Shown: piece after piece, positions 42,147 to 49,531 of the stretch
Position numbering within the stretch: position 1 is the stretch's first letter
Layout: each line of letters opens with the position of its first letter
IMG/VR virus record: IMGVR_UViG_3300036770_004821
Span: 7,806 to 71,805 of that record
Origin: a virus
Strand: one strand, 5' to 3'
Length of the DNA stretch: 64,000 nt
Notes under the pieces: model-generated
Told to the model about the DNA's origin: nothing
What the model saw: the letters and a program-made list of their open reading frames with translations, nothing else
The model's database searches: none
Position numbers and translations under genes: made by a program

Positions 42147-42309
42147 GGTCGGGACCAGACCCCTCCTAATCTCAGGTGAGACTCGATGAGAACCCAGTCC
42201 ACCACTGGACCGAAAACCGGAAAAACAATGGATTCTACCCTTCAGGTGTCCTAGGTCATCCCCCGCAGTCTCATCACCTGTTCATGTGAAACTGTTAAGA
42301 CTGCCCTCA
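42147..42309 (-). repeat. Structured non-coding element, copy A (paralog at 46301-46459)
   Basis: Shares long identical blocks with copy B, e.g. ccgcagtctcatcacctgttcatgtgaaactgtt(a/g)agactgccctca. Confidence 0.8.
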
Positions 42310-42471
42310 ATCGACCTGCGATTCATCATCTTTAGGAAGAAAATCGTTGAGTTTTTGAATCAGTGGTTCAGTGAGTTCATAACTCTTGAACCAGGATTGT
42401 TCGTCAAGAACATACAGTCCGTGAAGAATTGTATTGAGTTCTTGTTCTGTGACTTGAATTGTAATTTTCAT
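42307..42471 (-). CDS. Small hypothetical protein (54 aa), missed by the ORF track
   Basis: MKITIQVTEQELNTILHGLY..., similar to the N-terminus of 62479-62754 (FQITEQELEILHDALY). Confidence 0.6.
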   Translation of the reverse strand: MKITIQVTEQELNTILHGLYVLDEQSWFKSYELTEPLIQKLNDFLPKDDESQVD

Positions 42472-42475
42472 TGTT

Positions 42476-42739
42476 TTATAGTTGAGACAACACCCACATC
42501 ATAGCAGAAACTTCTTGTTTTGTATTCCAACCAGAAACATCATCAGTCATGTTTCCATTGGGTCGAATGATTGCAACTTCATAAGTATTCGGTGCTTCAA
42601 CAATTTCATTGATTTCACCGTACAATCCACAACCAGGGGCACCAGAGACAACACTAATCTCCCAACCATTCTCAAACTTATGCTTTGCAGCAATCGCATT
42701 GGGAATGTGATGCGGTTGAAAATCAAGAAGATCGAACAT
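42476..42739 (-). CDS. Hypothetical protein (paralog of 49119-49436)
   Basis: FENGWEISVV...YEVAI...V.GW. Confidence 0.7.
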   Translation of the reverse strand: MFDLLDFQPHHIPNAIAAKHKFENGWEISVVSGAPGCGLYGEINEIVEAPNTYEVAIIRPNGNMTDDVSGWNTKQEVSAMMWVLSQL

Positions 42740-42765
42740 TAGAGTTCCGTTGCTTGTGTTCCTGT

Positions 42766-42824
42766 ATTATAGGGCATCCAGTGCCCCAGTGGGAGTTTTA
42801 TGTGCCACTAGAACAAGTGGCACA
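42766..42824 (-). promoter_or_regulatory. Palindrome-promoter cassette (family A)
   Basis: tgtgccact-agaaca-agtggcaca, 30 bp from TATAAT. Confidence 0.85.
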
Positions 42825-42837
42825 AGGGGTCTGCGAC

Positions 42838-43059
42838 TCACTGCGAGATCGAGTTTAAGTATCGCATCAAATCAGGAATCTTGGAATTATCATAAAATGG
42901 ATCAATGTCAACTGGGATCTCAAGATAAGGATGATTCTCGGTAAGATAATTTACCATAAATTGTCCGTATCGTTGAGTTCCACAATGCTTCATAAAAGCA
43001 TCGTTGACATCTTTAATGAAGAAATTGTAATCAAAAGTCATCGTAGTCACTGGTGTCAA
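42838..43059 (-). CDS. Hypothetical protein
   Basis: QRYGQ..VNYL...DPFYD pattern. Confidence 0.65.
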   Translation of the reverse strand: MTPVTTMTFDYNFFIKDVNDAFMKHCGTQRYGQFMVNYLTENHPYLEIPVDIDPFYDNSKIPDLMRYLNSISQ

Positions 43060-43291
43060 TTAAATTCCATTCAAGATCTAAACTGTCAATGAACTTTAGA
43101 AGTTCATTCTCATCTGAGGGTAGATTTTCATCTTCATCAAGACAAAATTGTGCAGAACATAATCCAGGTCCAAATTCTTTTGGATCAAAATAAGTTCCCT
43201 TGAATGTAACAATGCTGTCCTCTACAACAGCATTTACATTTACTACACCCTCCTCATCTACAAAGATTTCTTCAATTGAAAGAACAGACAT
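43031..43291 (-). CDS. Acidic hypothetical protein
   Basis: Start MSVLSIEE; DPKEFGPGLC pattern. Confidence 0.65.
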   Translation of the reverse strand: MSVLSIEEIFVDEEGVVNVNAVVEDSIVTFKGTYFDPKEFGPGLCSAQFCLDEDENLPSDENELLKFIDSLDLEWNLIDTSDYDDF

Positions 43292-43320
43292 ACTAGAAAG
43301 AAAAGAAAAGTGTGGGGGAA

Positions 43321-43998
43321 TTATACCCCACACAGTTGACGTTGAACAGAACCACTTGCCTGCCGATGAAGTGACACACCAGCACCGACATTTGCACCCA
43401 CAGCAGCACCAGCACCACTCGCACCATTCATTCTCTTGGCACGACCAAACCGCATCGTAGACAGTTTCTTATCCACTGCCTCTGCATCATCGTGAGTGCG
43501 ACCTTCCTCTTTCTTCATTTCAGCAAGTCGCATTGCAACTTTATCTGCAAATGCCTTGCGGAAATTAAGTTTGAAAGAACGGGAAACAGTAGCACCAGTC
43601 AGTTCGGCAAGAACTTTCTCTGCTTTATGAGCAGTTTCTGCCTCACGTTCCATCACTTGACACAGATAGTCAAAATAGAGTTTGACTTGGATTTGCTGAC
43701 CCTCACTACCGATCACTTGAAGTGATTTATGATCTACCTTGTTGGAAAGGTATGCTTTTGCATCATAGAAGTTTGCAACAGCATTGAGAAGAATGGAAAG
43801 AGCAGCATTGGTTTTCTTGAAGATCATAAACGACTCATCAAGAACTTGAGTTTCAGTTGCTTCACTGATCGAAACTCCGTATTGCTGACAGAGTTTATCA
43901 ATCATTGCAGCAGCAGCAGATGCTTCACCCTCAAAGTCAGTTCCATTCTGGAGTTTGAGAATGGATTGGATTTTGGCAATAACTTGTTGACGATCCAT
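43321..43998 (-). CDS. DUF2786-domain protein
   Basis: IAKIQSILKL....EGEASAAAAMIDKLCQQYG N-terminal motif; start MDRQQ. Confidence 0.75.
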   Translation of the reverse strand: MDRQQVIAKIQSILKLQNGTDFEGEASAAAAMIDKLCQQYGVSISEATETQVLDESFMIFKKTNAALSILLNAVANFYDAKAYLSNKVDHKSLQVIGSEGQQIQVKLYFDYLCQVMEREAETAHKAEKVLAELTGATVSRSFKLNFRKAFADKVAMRLAEMKKEEGRTHDDAEAVDKKLSTMRFGRAKRMNGASGAGAAVGANVGAGVSLHRQASGSVQRQLCGV

Positions 43999-44049
43999 AA
44001 TAAGAATAATGAATGAGACTTGAGTGGGACTGGACCCCTCCACCTCTTT

Positions 44050-44107
44050 AATCTACCACACTTTGGGGTCCGTGCTCTTTTAGTGTGCCACTAGAACAAG
44101 TGGCACA
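44050..44107 (-). promoter_or_regulatory. Palindrome-promoter cassette (family B)
   Basis: tgtgccact-agaaca-agtggcaca, 29 bp from TAGATT. Confidence 0.85.
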
Positions 44108-44146
44108 TGGAGTATGAGACTTGAGGTGAGACTGACTAACGATTAC

Positions 44147-44557
44147 TCATACCAGTTTTTTTGAATCAAACTTACCATAAGTGATAACTGCGTATTCAGT
44201 TTGAACTTTACCGTTCACAAAATACTTGACCCACATATCATCAGGTTCTTCACCATTACCAGTAAGAATGAACAGCACATTCCGATATTTCTTAGAAACA
44301 TTACGCATATCCTCGGTGTGTTCATACCATTTGCACTCTTCCTCAAATGGGTTGTAAGTTAGAAATTCAACTACATCATCTTGAGTAACAAAACTACTTT
44401 TATATGAATTGTTAATTTCCCCAATCAGTTTTTCTTTCAGGGTATCAGAAATGTTGGATTCTTGAATTTCTTTGATTTCAGCATTTTTGTTTTTCTCATT
44501 CTCATTTTTGAATTGAGTATCGTCAATACTGAGTTCGTAGTAAGTGTTGTAACCCAT
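44147..44557 (-). CDS. Conserved phage hypothetical protein
   Basis: MGYNTYY...KWYEH.EDM..VSKKY...F.L.G.GEE..D.W..YF.NGK. Confidence 0.7.
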   Translation of the reverse strand: MGYNTYYELSIDDTQFKNENEKNKNAEIKEIQESNISDTLKEKLIGEINNSYKSSFVTQDDVVEFLTYNPFEEECKWYEHTEDMRNVSKKYRNVLFILTGNGEEPDDMWVKYFVNGKVQTEYAVITYGKFDSKKLV

Positions 44558-44583
44558 AAAAGTTGTGTGTTGTGTACGAATGT

Positions 44584-44642
44584 ATTGTAAGGCATCAAAG
44601 GGCACCAGTCCAGTGCCCCTGTGCCAGTTGTTTAAGTTTCCT
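44584..44642 (-). promoter_or_regulatory. Palindrome-promoter cassette (one arm degenerate)
   Basis: gtgccagt 31 bp from TACAAT. Confidence 0.6.
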
Positions 44643-45081
44643 CAAGTTGGAGAAGTTCAAGATAAAACTGATGGTATTTCGTAATCCTTGCAATATCTTT
44701 ATCACTTACACCCTTCAACCTACGAATGTCGGTATTGTGACGTAAATCTGCCATTTTGACTTTGACCGCATCCTTATTCTTCTTCACTCGTTCCTTGTAT
44801 TCATCATAAGTTTCACCGGGAACTTTAGTCAAAGATTGAATCCCTTTGATAATCCTATCGGTAAAACCTTCTTGTTTGAGATGAGAATAAGTTACATCAG
44901 TATCTTCAATAATATCGTGACCCAGAGCAATACACTGGAGTTCCTCATCAACACTCCGAAGATAGTGCATCACTTTCAACGGGTGAAGAATATAAGGATT
45001 GCCACCCTTATCATATTGTCCTGCGTGAGCATTAGTGGCAAGAACCAACATTTTGTTCAGCAGTTCACCTTTTTTAATCAT
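44632..45081 (-). CDS. HD-domain hydrolase, RelA/SpoT-hydrolase (Mesh1/SAH)-like
   Basis: AHAGQ.DK.G.PYILHP..V, LGHDIIEDT, LTK, VKMADLRHN. Confidence 0.85.
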   Translation of the reverse strand: MIKKGELLNKMLVLATNAHAGQYDKGGNPYILHPLKVMHYLRSVDEELQCIALGHDIIEDTDVTYSHLKQEGFTDRIIKGIQSLTKVPGETYDEYKERVKKNKDAVKVKMADLRHNTDIRRLKGVSDKDIARITKYHQFYLELLQLEET

Positions 45082-45103
45082 CGGGCATCCCCAACAGAAT
45101 AGT

Positions 45104-45162
45104 ATTATAGGGCATCCGGTGCCCCGGTGCGAGGTGTAGTGGACAGTTCTACAAGTGGCACA
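45104..45162 (-). promoter_or_regulatory. Palindrome-promoter cassette (family A)
   Basis: tggacagt-tctaca-agtggcac, 30 bp from TATAAT. Confidence 0.8.
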
Positions 45163-45179
45163 GTCTCACATTGGTCTCA

Positions 45180-45275
45180 TCAAAGTTGTGCTTCAATCAA
45201 ATCAGCAATTTCATTAAATGTTGAGCCATTGTCATTCAATTCAGCAACTGCGACATTGAAGTTGTAAGAGTTGTT
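45180..45275 (-). pseudogene. Start-less C-terminal gene remnant
   Basis: Frame reads ...NFNVAVAELNDNGSTFNEIADLIEAQL* with no in-frame ATG after the preceding stop. Confidence 0.45.
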
Positions 45276-45397
45276 TGTTTAGACTACAAACTCCTCAAGA
45301 AAATAGTCTACTGTGATTTCCATTTCCTCACAGATTTTCTCTACACACTCACCAGTGAGTTGTTCGTACCAGTAGCAAAAGATGATTTGTTCTTCGG

Positions 45398-45682
45398 TCA
45401 TTCAGTAACCTCAACAGTGTTGGTGAAACTTTTCAGTTTCTCAACAATCGAATCAATAAAATTCAGAATCACATTGATGGCATTGAGAACCTTTTGATTG
45501 CCGTTGTTTTCTTGGTATGCTTTGTGAATGAATTGAAACACACCGACAACAACTGCCGCAACTGTCGCAATCCAATACAGAGTAGTTTGTATGAATTGCG
45601 ACTGATAAATCGCATTAACTTTTTGCGTAACGACTTCCATTGAAATAAAATGATTAAAAGAGTTAGTGTTAGAATCAAGCAA
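45398..45682 (-). CDS. Hypothetical membrane protein
   Basis: One hydrophobic segment (LYWIATVAAVVVGVF); start uncertain. Confidence 0.55.
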   Translation of the reverse strand: MLDSNTNSFNHFISMEVVTQKVNAIYQSQFIQTTLYWIATVAAVVVGVFQFIHKAYQENNGNQKVLNAINVILNFIDSIVEKLKSFTNTVEVTE

Positions 45683-45893
45683 AAACTTGGGAGATTAGTA
45701 CACCTTCTTGATATACATTCACAGGAACACCATTGAGTTCAGCACTCCAATCCCAGGCAGAATCATAAGCAGATTCTTCATCCGTAAAGTATTCTGCATC
45801 ATCCAGAATGAAACCTTCGGTTTGAGGAAGAATTGCGAACATTGGATTAAAGAAAATAGTTGGAAATAAAGAGGGAGAATGTATCTCCCTCAA
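45675..45893 (-). CDS. Hypothetical protein
   Basis: Likely true start MFAILP; AWDWS.E pattern. Confidence 0.55.
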   Translation of the reverse strand: MREIHSPSLFPTIFFNPMFAILPQTEGFILDDAEYFTDEESAYDSAWDWSAELNGVPVNVYQEGVLISQVFA

Positions 45894-45899
45894 TTAGAA

Positions 45900-46100
45900 T
45901 CAGAGGGCAGCAAGGTATGCTTCGATCTCATCATCATTTTCAGGGCAATCAGCAATGCCCAGATCCTCGCAAACTTGTTCCCGAGTGTATTGAACTTGAG
46001 TGGGAACAAGAGTTTCCAGAATCTCAAGGATTTGATTACCAGTAGCACCCTTGCGGAGCATACCAACCATCAGTTCGGGAGAAAAAGTAGCAGCAGTCAT
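45900..46100 (-). CDS. Hypothetical protein (paralog of 46457-46579)
   Basis: ELMVGML...TGNQILEILETLV. Confidence 0.7.
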   Translation of the reverse strand: MTAATFSPELMVGMLRKGATGNQILEILETLVPTQVQYTREQVCEDLGIADCPENDDEIEAYLAAL

Positions 46101-46211
46101 TTAGAATAAAGTTGAGTTTAATTTGTGGTAAGTGTTTGGACTCCTACAAGAGGCACTCCCAAACCAGAACCCCGGAGTGTGAAACAACCGGACTTCCCTC
46201 ACCACTCCCTT

Positions 46212-46269
46212 AATGTAGCAGGTTTCGGGGGCAGTGGGGGATTTAGTGGACAGTTTGGGAACTGGCACA
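46212..46269 (-). promoter_or_regulatory. Palindrome-promoter cassette
   Basis: tggacagt-ttggga-actggcac, 29 bp from TACATT. Confidence 0.75.
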
Positions 46270-46300
46270 CTCATCTGGGACTCAATGAGATTGGCCCTAA

Positions 46301-46459
46301 GGTCGGGTGCCCCCTCCAATCTCAGGTGGGACTCGATGAGACCGACTGCGGCACCTAGGGGCAAAACCCAAAATACTTTCGATTCTGCCTCCCAGGTGCC
46401 CTAGGTCGTCCTCCGCAGTCTCATCACCTGTTCATGTGAAACTGTTGAGACTGCCCTCA
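46301..46459 (-). ncRNA. Structured non-coding element, copy B; candidate long-hairpin RNA
   Basis: Nested pairings CAGGTG/CACCTG, GATGAGAC/GTCTCATC, TGCGG/CCGCA, ACCTAGGG/CCCTAGGT. Confidence 0.55.
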
Positions 46460-46579
46460 CATTTCAGGTTGGGCATCAGTTTCATCAGCAACTTCACTTA
46501 CAAGAGCATCAAGAATGTCAAGAAGTTCATTGCCAGTGTTGGCACGATTCAGCATAGCAACCATCAGTTCTTGGGACAT
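46457..46579 (-). CDS. Small hypothetical protein (40 aa), missed by the ORF track
   Basis: MSQELMVAMLNRANTGNELLDILDALVSEVADETDAQPEM. Confidence 0.6.
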   Translation of the reverse strand: MSQELMVAMLNRANTGNELLDILDALVSEVADETDAQPEM

Positions 46580-46670
46580 AATAAAAATGAATGAATAAAG
46601 AATAAGTGAGTGTCTTTATCGGTCAGATATTTCCAACCCCTAGGCGCATCTCATTCCTATTATCCATCAA

Positions 46671-47177
46671 TCAAAGATGACGGAAGTAATAACCATTCTC
46701 CTCATAGTAATCAAATCGCAGAGCAGTTTCCCAAGTTGCCTCTACATCAATCACAATCCAAGTAGGAATGTTCAGATCAAACATTGTGATAAAGTAATCT
46801 ACAAAGTCATCTTTGGAATCAAAACAACCCTCATAAGTCTCTTCAAATAGATTAAGATCACTTACATCAAACATAGACATAAATGCTTCCACTGTGATGA
46901 TTGTGGATGAACTGGTGGATAATGGTTATGAACTTGAAGAAGTTCTTGAGTTTGTTGATTATTTCGGTGAAGAATACTCCGAAGTAATCGAAAGCATCAT
47001 CGACACAGTAAATGATGCTGGATCTGGCAAATCTGATCTTTACGATTTCATCGAGAATCAAGGAGTTGAAAATGTAGAGCATTTTCCCACTTATTGGAGT
47101 CTGATTGAAGATTATAACCCAAACGCAGTGGAAGGTGCCAGAATTTCTTTGTAGTTGTCGGTGAAAGTGATGGACAT
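46671..47177 (-). pseudogene. ArdA-like anti-restriction gene interrupted by an internal inversion (46886-47134)
   Basis: Minus-strand start MSITFTDNYKEILAPST, plus-strand middle (46894-47133) and minus-strand ArdA-like C-terminus join in frame across 9-bp inverted repeats. Confidence 0.85.
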
Positions 47178-47379
47178 TGGATTTCCAATAATAAGTGATT
47201 TAAGTGTAAAATGTATCTAGAATGTGTTTACCTACGATAGGGTGATTTCCAGTATGCTTTATAAACAGCAACCAGAATGAAGGCAGTGGAAACAACGCCA
47301 ACAAATCCCAGGATAGTCACAAAGTCGCCAGAAAAGTTAAGAGTATCAGGCATTAGTCAGATTTCTTAGGAACAAGTGT

Positions 47380-47438
47380 AGTATAGCAGGTGGTGGGGGC
47401 ATAGCGCCCCTTGATGTGCCACTTCGTTAGGTGTCACA
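47380..47438 (-). promoter_or_regulatory. Palindrome-promoter cassette
   Basis: gtgccact-tcgtta-ggtgtcac, 30 bp from TATACT. Confidence 0.75.
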
Positions 47439-47685
47439 TGAGTTTCTTCATGTTCAAGAAACTCATTTTAATCATTTCACCTCCAACATAAAACAACACA
47501 TAGTAAGGAAAAACTTCAATATCACCATCTACAACGGAAAGATCCACATAATCATCCCCATTATTGTCTGCGATGTAAGGGCTATCATCAGTGTCGTACC
47601 CCACAAAGTAGAGAGTATCATTTACACAAACTGCATAAGAATCAGAAAGCAGATCGTGGAACTGTTCAAGCGTAATGGTGGTCAT
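47434..47685 (-). CDS. Hypothetical protein
   Basis: Start MTTITLEQ; 83 aa. Confidence 0.6.
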   Translation of the reverse strand: MTTITLEQFHDLLSDSYAVCVNDTLYFVGYDTDDSPYIADNNGDDYVDLSVVDGDIEVFPYYVLFYVGGEMIKMSFLNMKKLM

Positions 47686-47749
47686 AAGAACCTCAGAAAC
47701 AAATGAATCGTAAAGCAGTCTTTTGGGCGATGCTGTTCCCAAAAATGAG

Positions 47750-47891
47750 TACCCGATGTTGGAATTGAACCAACTCCGTTCTATCAGTGAGTAACCAATT
47801 CACCTAGATGTTCACTACACACAATCAATAATTGGTTAGATTATTGATTGTGTGTATATTCCATCCGAACTACCTGCCATTAGAATCGGGC
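47750..47891 (-). ncRNA. tRNA-like RNA (acceptor stem and T-arm) with a long central extension
   Basis: GCCCGAT/ATCGGGT 7-bp acceptor-like stem, GTTGG-TTCAATT-CCAAC T-arm, internal 17-bp perfect hairpin at 47816-47856. Confidence 0.6.
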
Positions 47892-47930
47892 ATGTACTCA
47901 GTAGGTTCTGGGAGGTATTTCAACCTCCCT

Positions 47931-47954
47931 TGTGTCAGTTAGTCAGGTGTCACA
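47931..47954 (-). promoter_or_regulatory. Palindrome copy upstream of the tRNA-like RNA (-10 box unclear)
   Basis: gtgtcagt-tagtca-ggtgtcac. Confidence 0.5.
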
Positions 47955-48132
47955 CATCATAGCAAATGCAACTTTTCTTCATCTCTGCCCACCACACTTG
48001 ATCGGACTCTGACATAATAGAAGTCAGAGACATGCAGAAGTTAGCAAGTTCTGCCCTGCTGGCGTTCAGTTCCATATGATGATCGTGGCGTTCCACAATC
48101 TTGCTGTTCATGTAGTTGGAGAAATTGAACAT
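47950..48132 (-). CDS. Hypothetical protein
   Basis: 60-aa ORF below a cassette promoter. Confidence 0.55.
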   Translation of the reverse strand: MFNFSNYMNSKIVERHDHHMELNASRAELANFCMSLTSIMSESDQVWWAEMKKSCICYDV

Positions 48133-48158
48133 AAGAGGAATCCCTCAGCGACAAATGT

Positions 48159-48218
48159 AGTATAGCACCTTGGAGGGGGCACCGCAAGGGGTGCTGTGCC
48201 ACTTGTCAGACTGGCACA
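48159..48218 (-). promoter_or_regulatory. Palindrome-promoter cassette
   Basis: tgtgccact-tgtcag-actggcaca, 31 bp from TATACT. Confidence 0.8.
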
Positions 48219-48424
48219 TCCTCCAATAGTGCCTTATGACAACGATCTGCTTCTTCAAGCATATCTTCATCAATTCGATCCCACTCTACCCAATCATAAG
48301 CAGAATAGGTTGTCTCGTATGATCCATCAGAAAGAAGAGGAGCATACATTAACACTCTGTCATTATCAGGATCCAGAGTATAAGTACAGTTGTTTTTTTG
48401 AGAAATAACAAAAGTCATAATCAA
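48206..48424 (-). CDS. Hypothetical protein
   Basis: 72-aa ORF. Confidence 0.6.
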   Translation of the reverse strand: MIMTFVISQKNNCTYTLDPDNDRVLMYAPLLSDGSYETTYSAYDWVEWDRIDEDMLEEADRCHKALLEDVPV

Positions 48425-48437
48425 TTCTCAAATAAAA

Positions 48438-48620
48438 TTAAAAGTCGTTAGAAGAATCTACCGAACCAAATGAATAATCATCATAGAATAGATCCTCCTC
48501 CATAGTGTCTGCCATACAATCACTTGCCAACCAAGGAAACATAGCATCCTCTTGTGCCAGTTGTTCGTAGTCCATAGGATACATTTCTTCGATTTGATTG
48601 TTTTGAATGTAAGGATTCAT
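48438..48620 (-). CDS. Highly acidic small protein
   Basis: 60 aa, D/E-rich, no Lys or Arg. Confidence 0.55.
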   Translation of the reverse strand: MNPYIQNNQIEEMYPMDYEQLAQEDAMFPWLASDCMADTMEEDLFYDDYSFGSVDSSNDF

Positions 48621-48623
48621 AGA

Positions 48624-49031
48624 TCAAAAATTGCGATTGAACACATAATTGTTGTTGATTACATAATCCCAAGCAAGATCCTTGGCAAAGGCATCATAAT
48701 CAATGTAGGATTCAAGTTCTTCGGGAACAAGATGCCCGTAAATCTCATTGAAGAAGTTTTCAGCAAAGGAGTCAAAATCACTCCATTCACCATTGTAGGC
48801 ATCATCAAAGTTATCCAGATTATCAAATCCAAACTCTGCGACAAAGGCATCTACCGCATCATAACTGACACTTTCACCAATCCGCACAAAATCCTCATAG
48901 TATTTCACAAAGGTATCTTCACCATACTCGTTAATGAAAACATAAATGTCTTCCTCATAATAAGAATCTTCGACAAGACCAGCAATGTATTCTTGAGTGG
49001 ATTCTTTGAGTTGAACTTGAGTTGCGGTCAT
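48624..49031 (-). CDS. ardA: ArdA-like anti-restriction (DNA mimic) protein
   Basis: FDDAYNGEWSDFDSFAE...VPEELESYIDYDAFAKDL..DY...NYVF; very acidic; start MTATQ. Confidence 0.75.
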   Translation of the reverse strand: MTATQVQLKESTQEYIAGLVEDSYYEEDIYVFINEYGEDTFVKYYEDFVRIGESVSYDAVDAFVAEFGFDNLDNFDDAYNGEWSDFDSFAENFFNEIYGHLVPEELESYIDYDAFAKDLAWDYVINNNYVFNRNF

Positions 49032-49058
49032 TTGCGTTTCCTTTGCTTGTGTCCTTGT

Positions 49059-49118
49059 ATTATAGGGCATCCGGTGCCCCAGTGGGGGTTTAGTGTGCCA
49101 GTCTGAAAACTGGCACAC
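49059..49118 (-). promoter_or_regulatory. Palindrome-promoter cassette (family A)
   Basis: gtgtgccagt-ctgaaa-actggcacac, 30 bp from TATAAT. Confidence 0.85.
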
Positions 49119-49436
49119 TCACTGCTTGGCAGTCCAGTTCATAATCTCCAGCATAGTTTCTGGAGTGATCCACCCCAGAACCTGATCACCTTCTGGACAC
49201 CCTGGAAAATCGGTGGAGAATTTATCATCAGGAGTGAACACTGCAATTTCTGCATCTTCACTGTGAAATCCTCCCCAAATGGGAACAGTTGCACGATGAT
49301 CAACATCCACAAATCTATTTTGGCAGTAGTTTCCCCCGCCGAACATTACACTGACCCTCCACCCGTTGGCGAAGGTGATTTGAAATCCCTTTTCAGCAAA
49401 TGTAGAGAACAACGTAGGATTGAGGAGGTTAGTCAC
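49119..49436 (-). CDS. Hypothetical protein (paralog of 42476-42739)
   Basis: GFQITFANGWRVSVMFGGGNYC...AEIAV...VLGWITPE; GTG start assumed. Confidence 0.65.
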   Translation of the reverse strand: MTNLLNPTLFSTFAEKGFQITFANGWRVSVMFGGGNYCQNRFVDVDHRATVPIWGGFHSEDAEIAVFTPDDKFSTDFPGCPEGDQVLGWITPETMLEIMNWTAKQ

Positions 49437-49464
49437 TGTGAGGTTCCTTTGCTTGTGTCCTTGT

Positions 49465-49524
49465 ATTATAGGGCATCCGGTGCCCCAGTGGGGGTGTAGT
49501 GTGCCAGTAGAACAAGTGGCACAC
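49465..49524 (-). promoter_or_regulatory. Palindrome-promoter cassette (family A)
   Basis: gtgtgccagt-agaaca-agtggcacac, 30 bp from TATAAT. Confidence 0.85.
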
Positions 49525-49531
49525 TGTATAA

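Noticed and set aside
46101-46364. ORFs 46101-46364 (-) and 46125-46358 (+)
   Set aside because: They run across a promoter cassette and the structured element and have no protein-like composition.
46894-47154. Independent plus-strand gene
   Set aside because: It is the inverted middle of the ArdA-like gene; it has no RBS or promoter and joins the flanking minus-strand pieces in frame.
47750-47891. Canonical tRNA or a tRNA with a group I intron
   Set aside because: No D-stem, a 142-nt length, and an insert far too short for a group I intron; kept only as a tRNA-like candidate.
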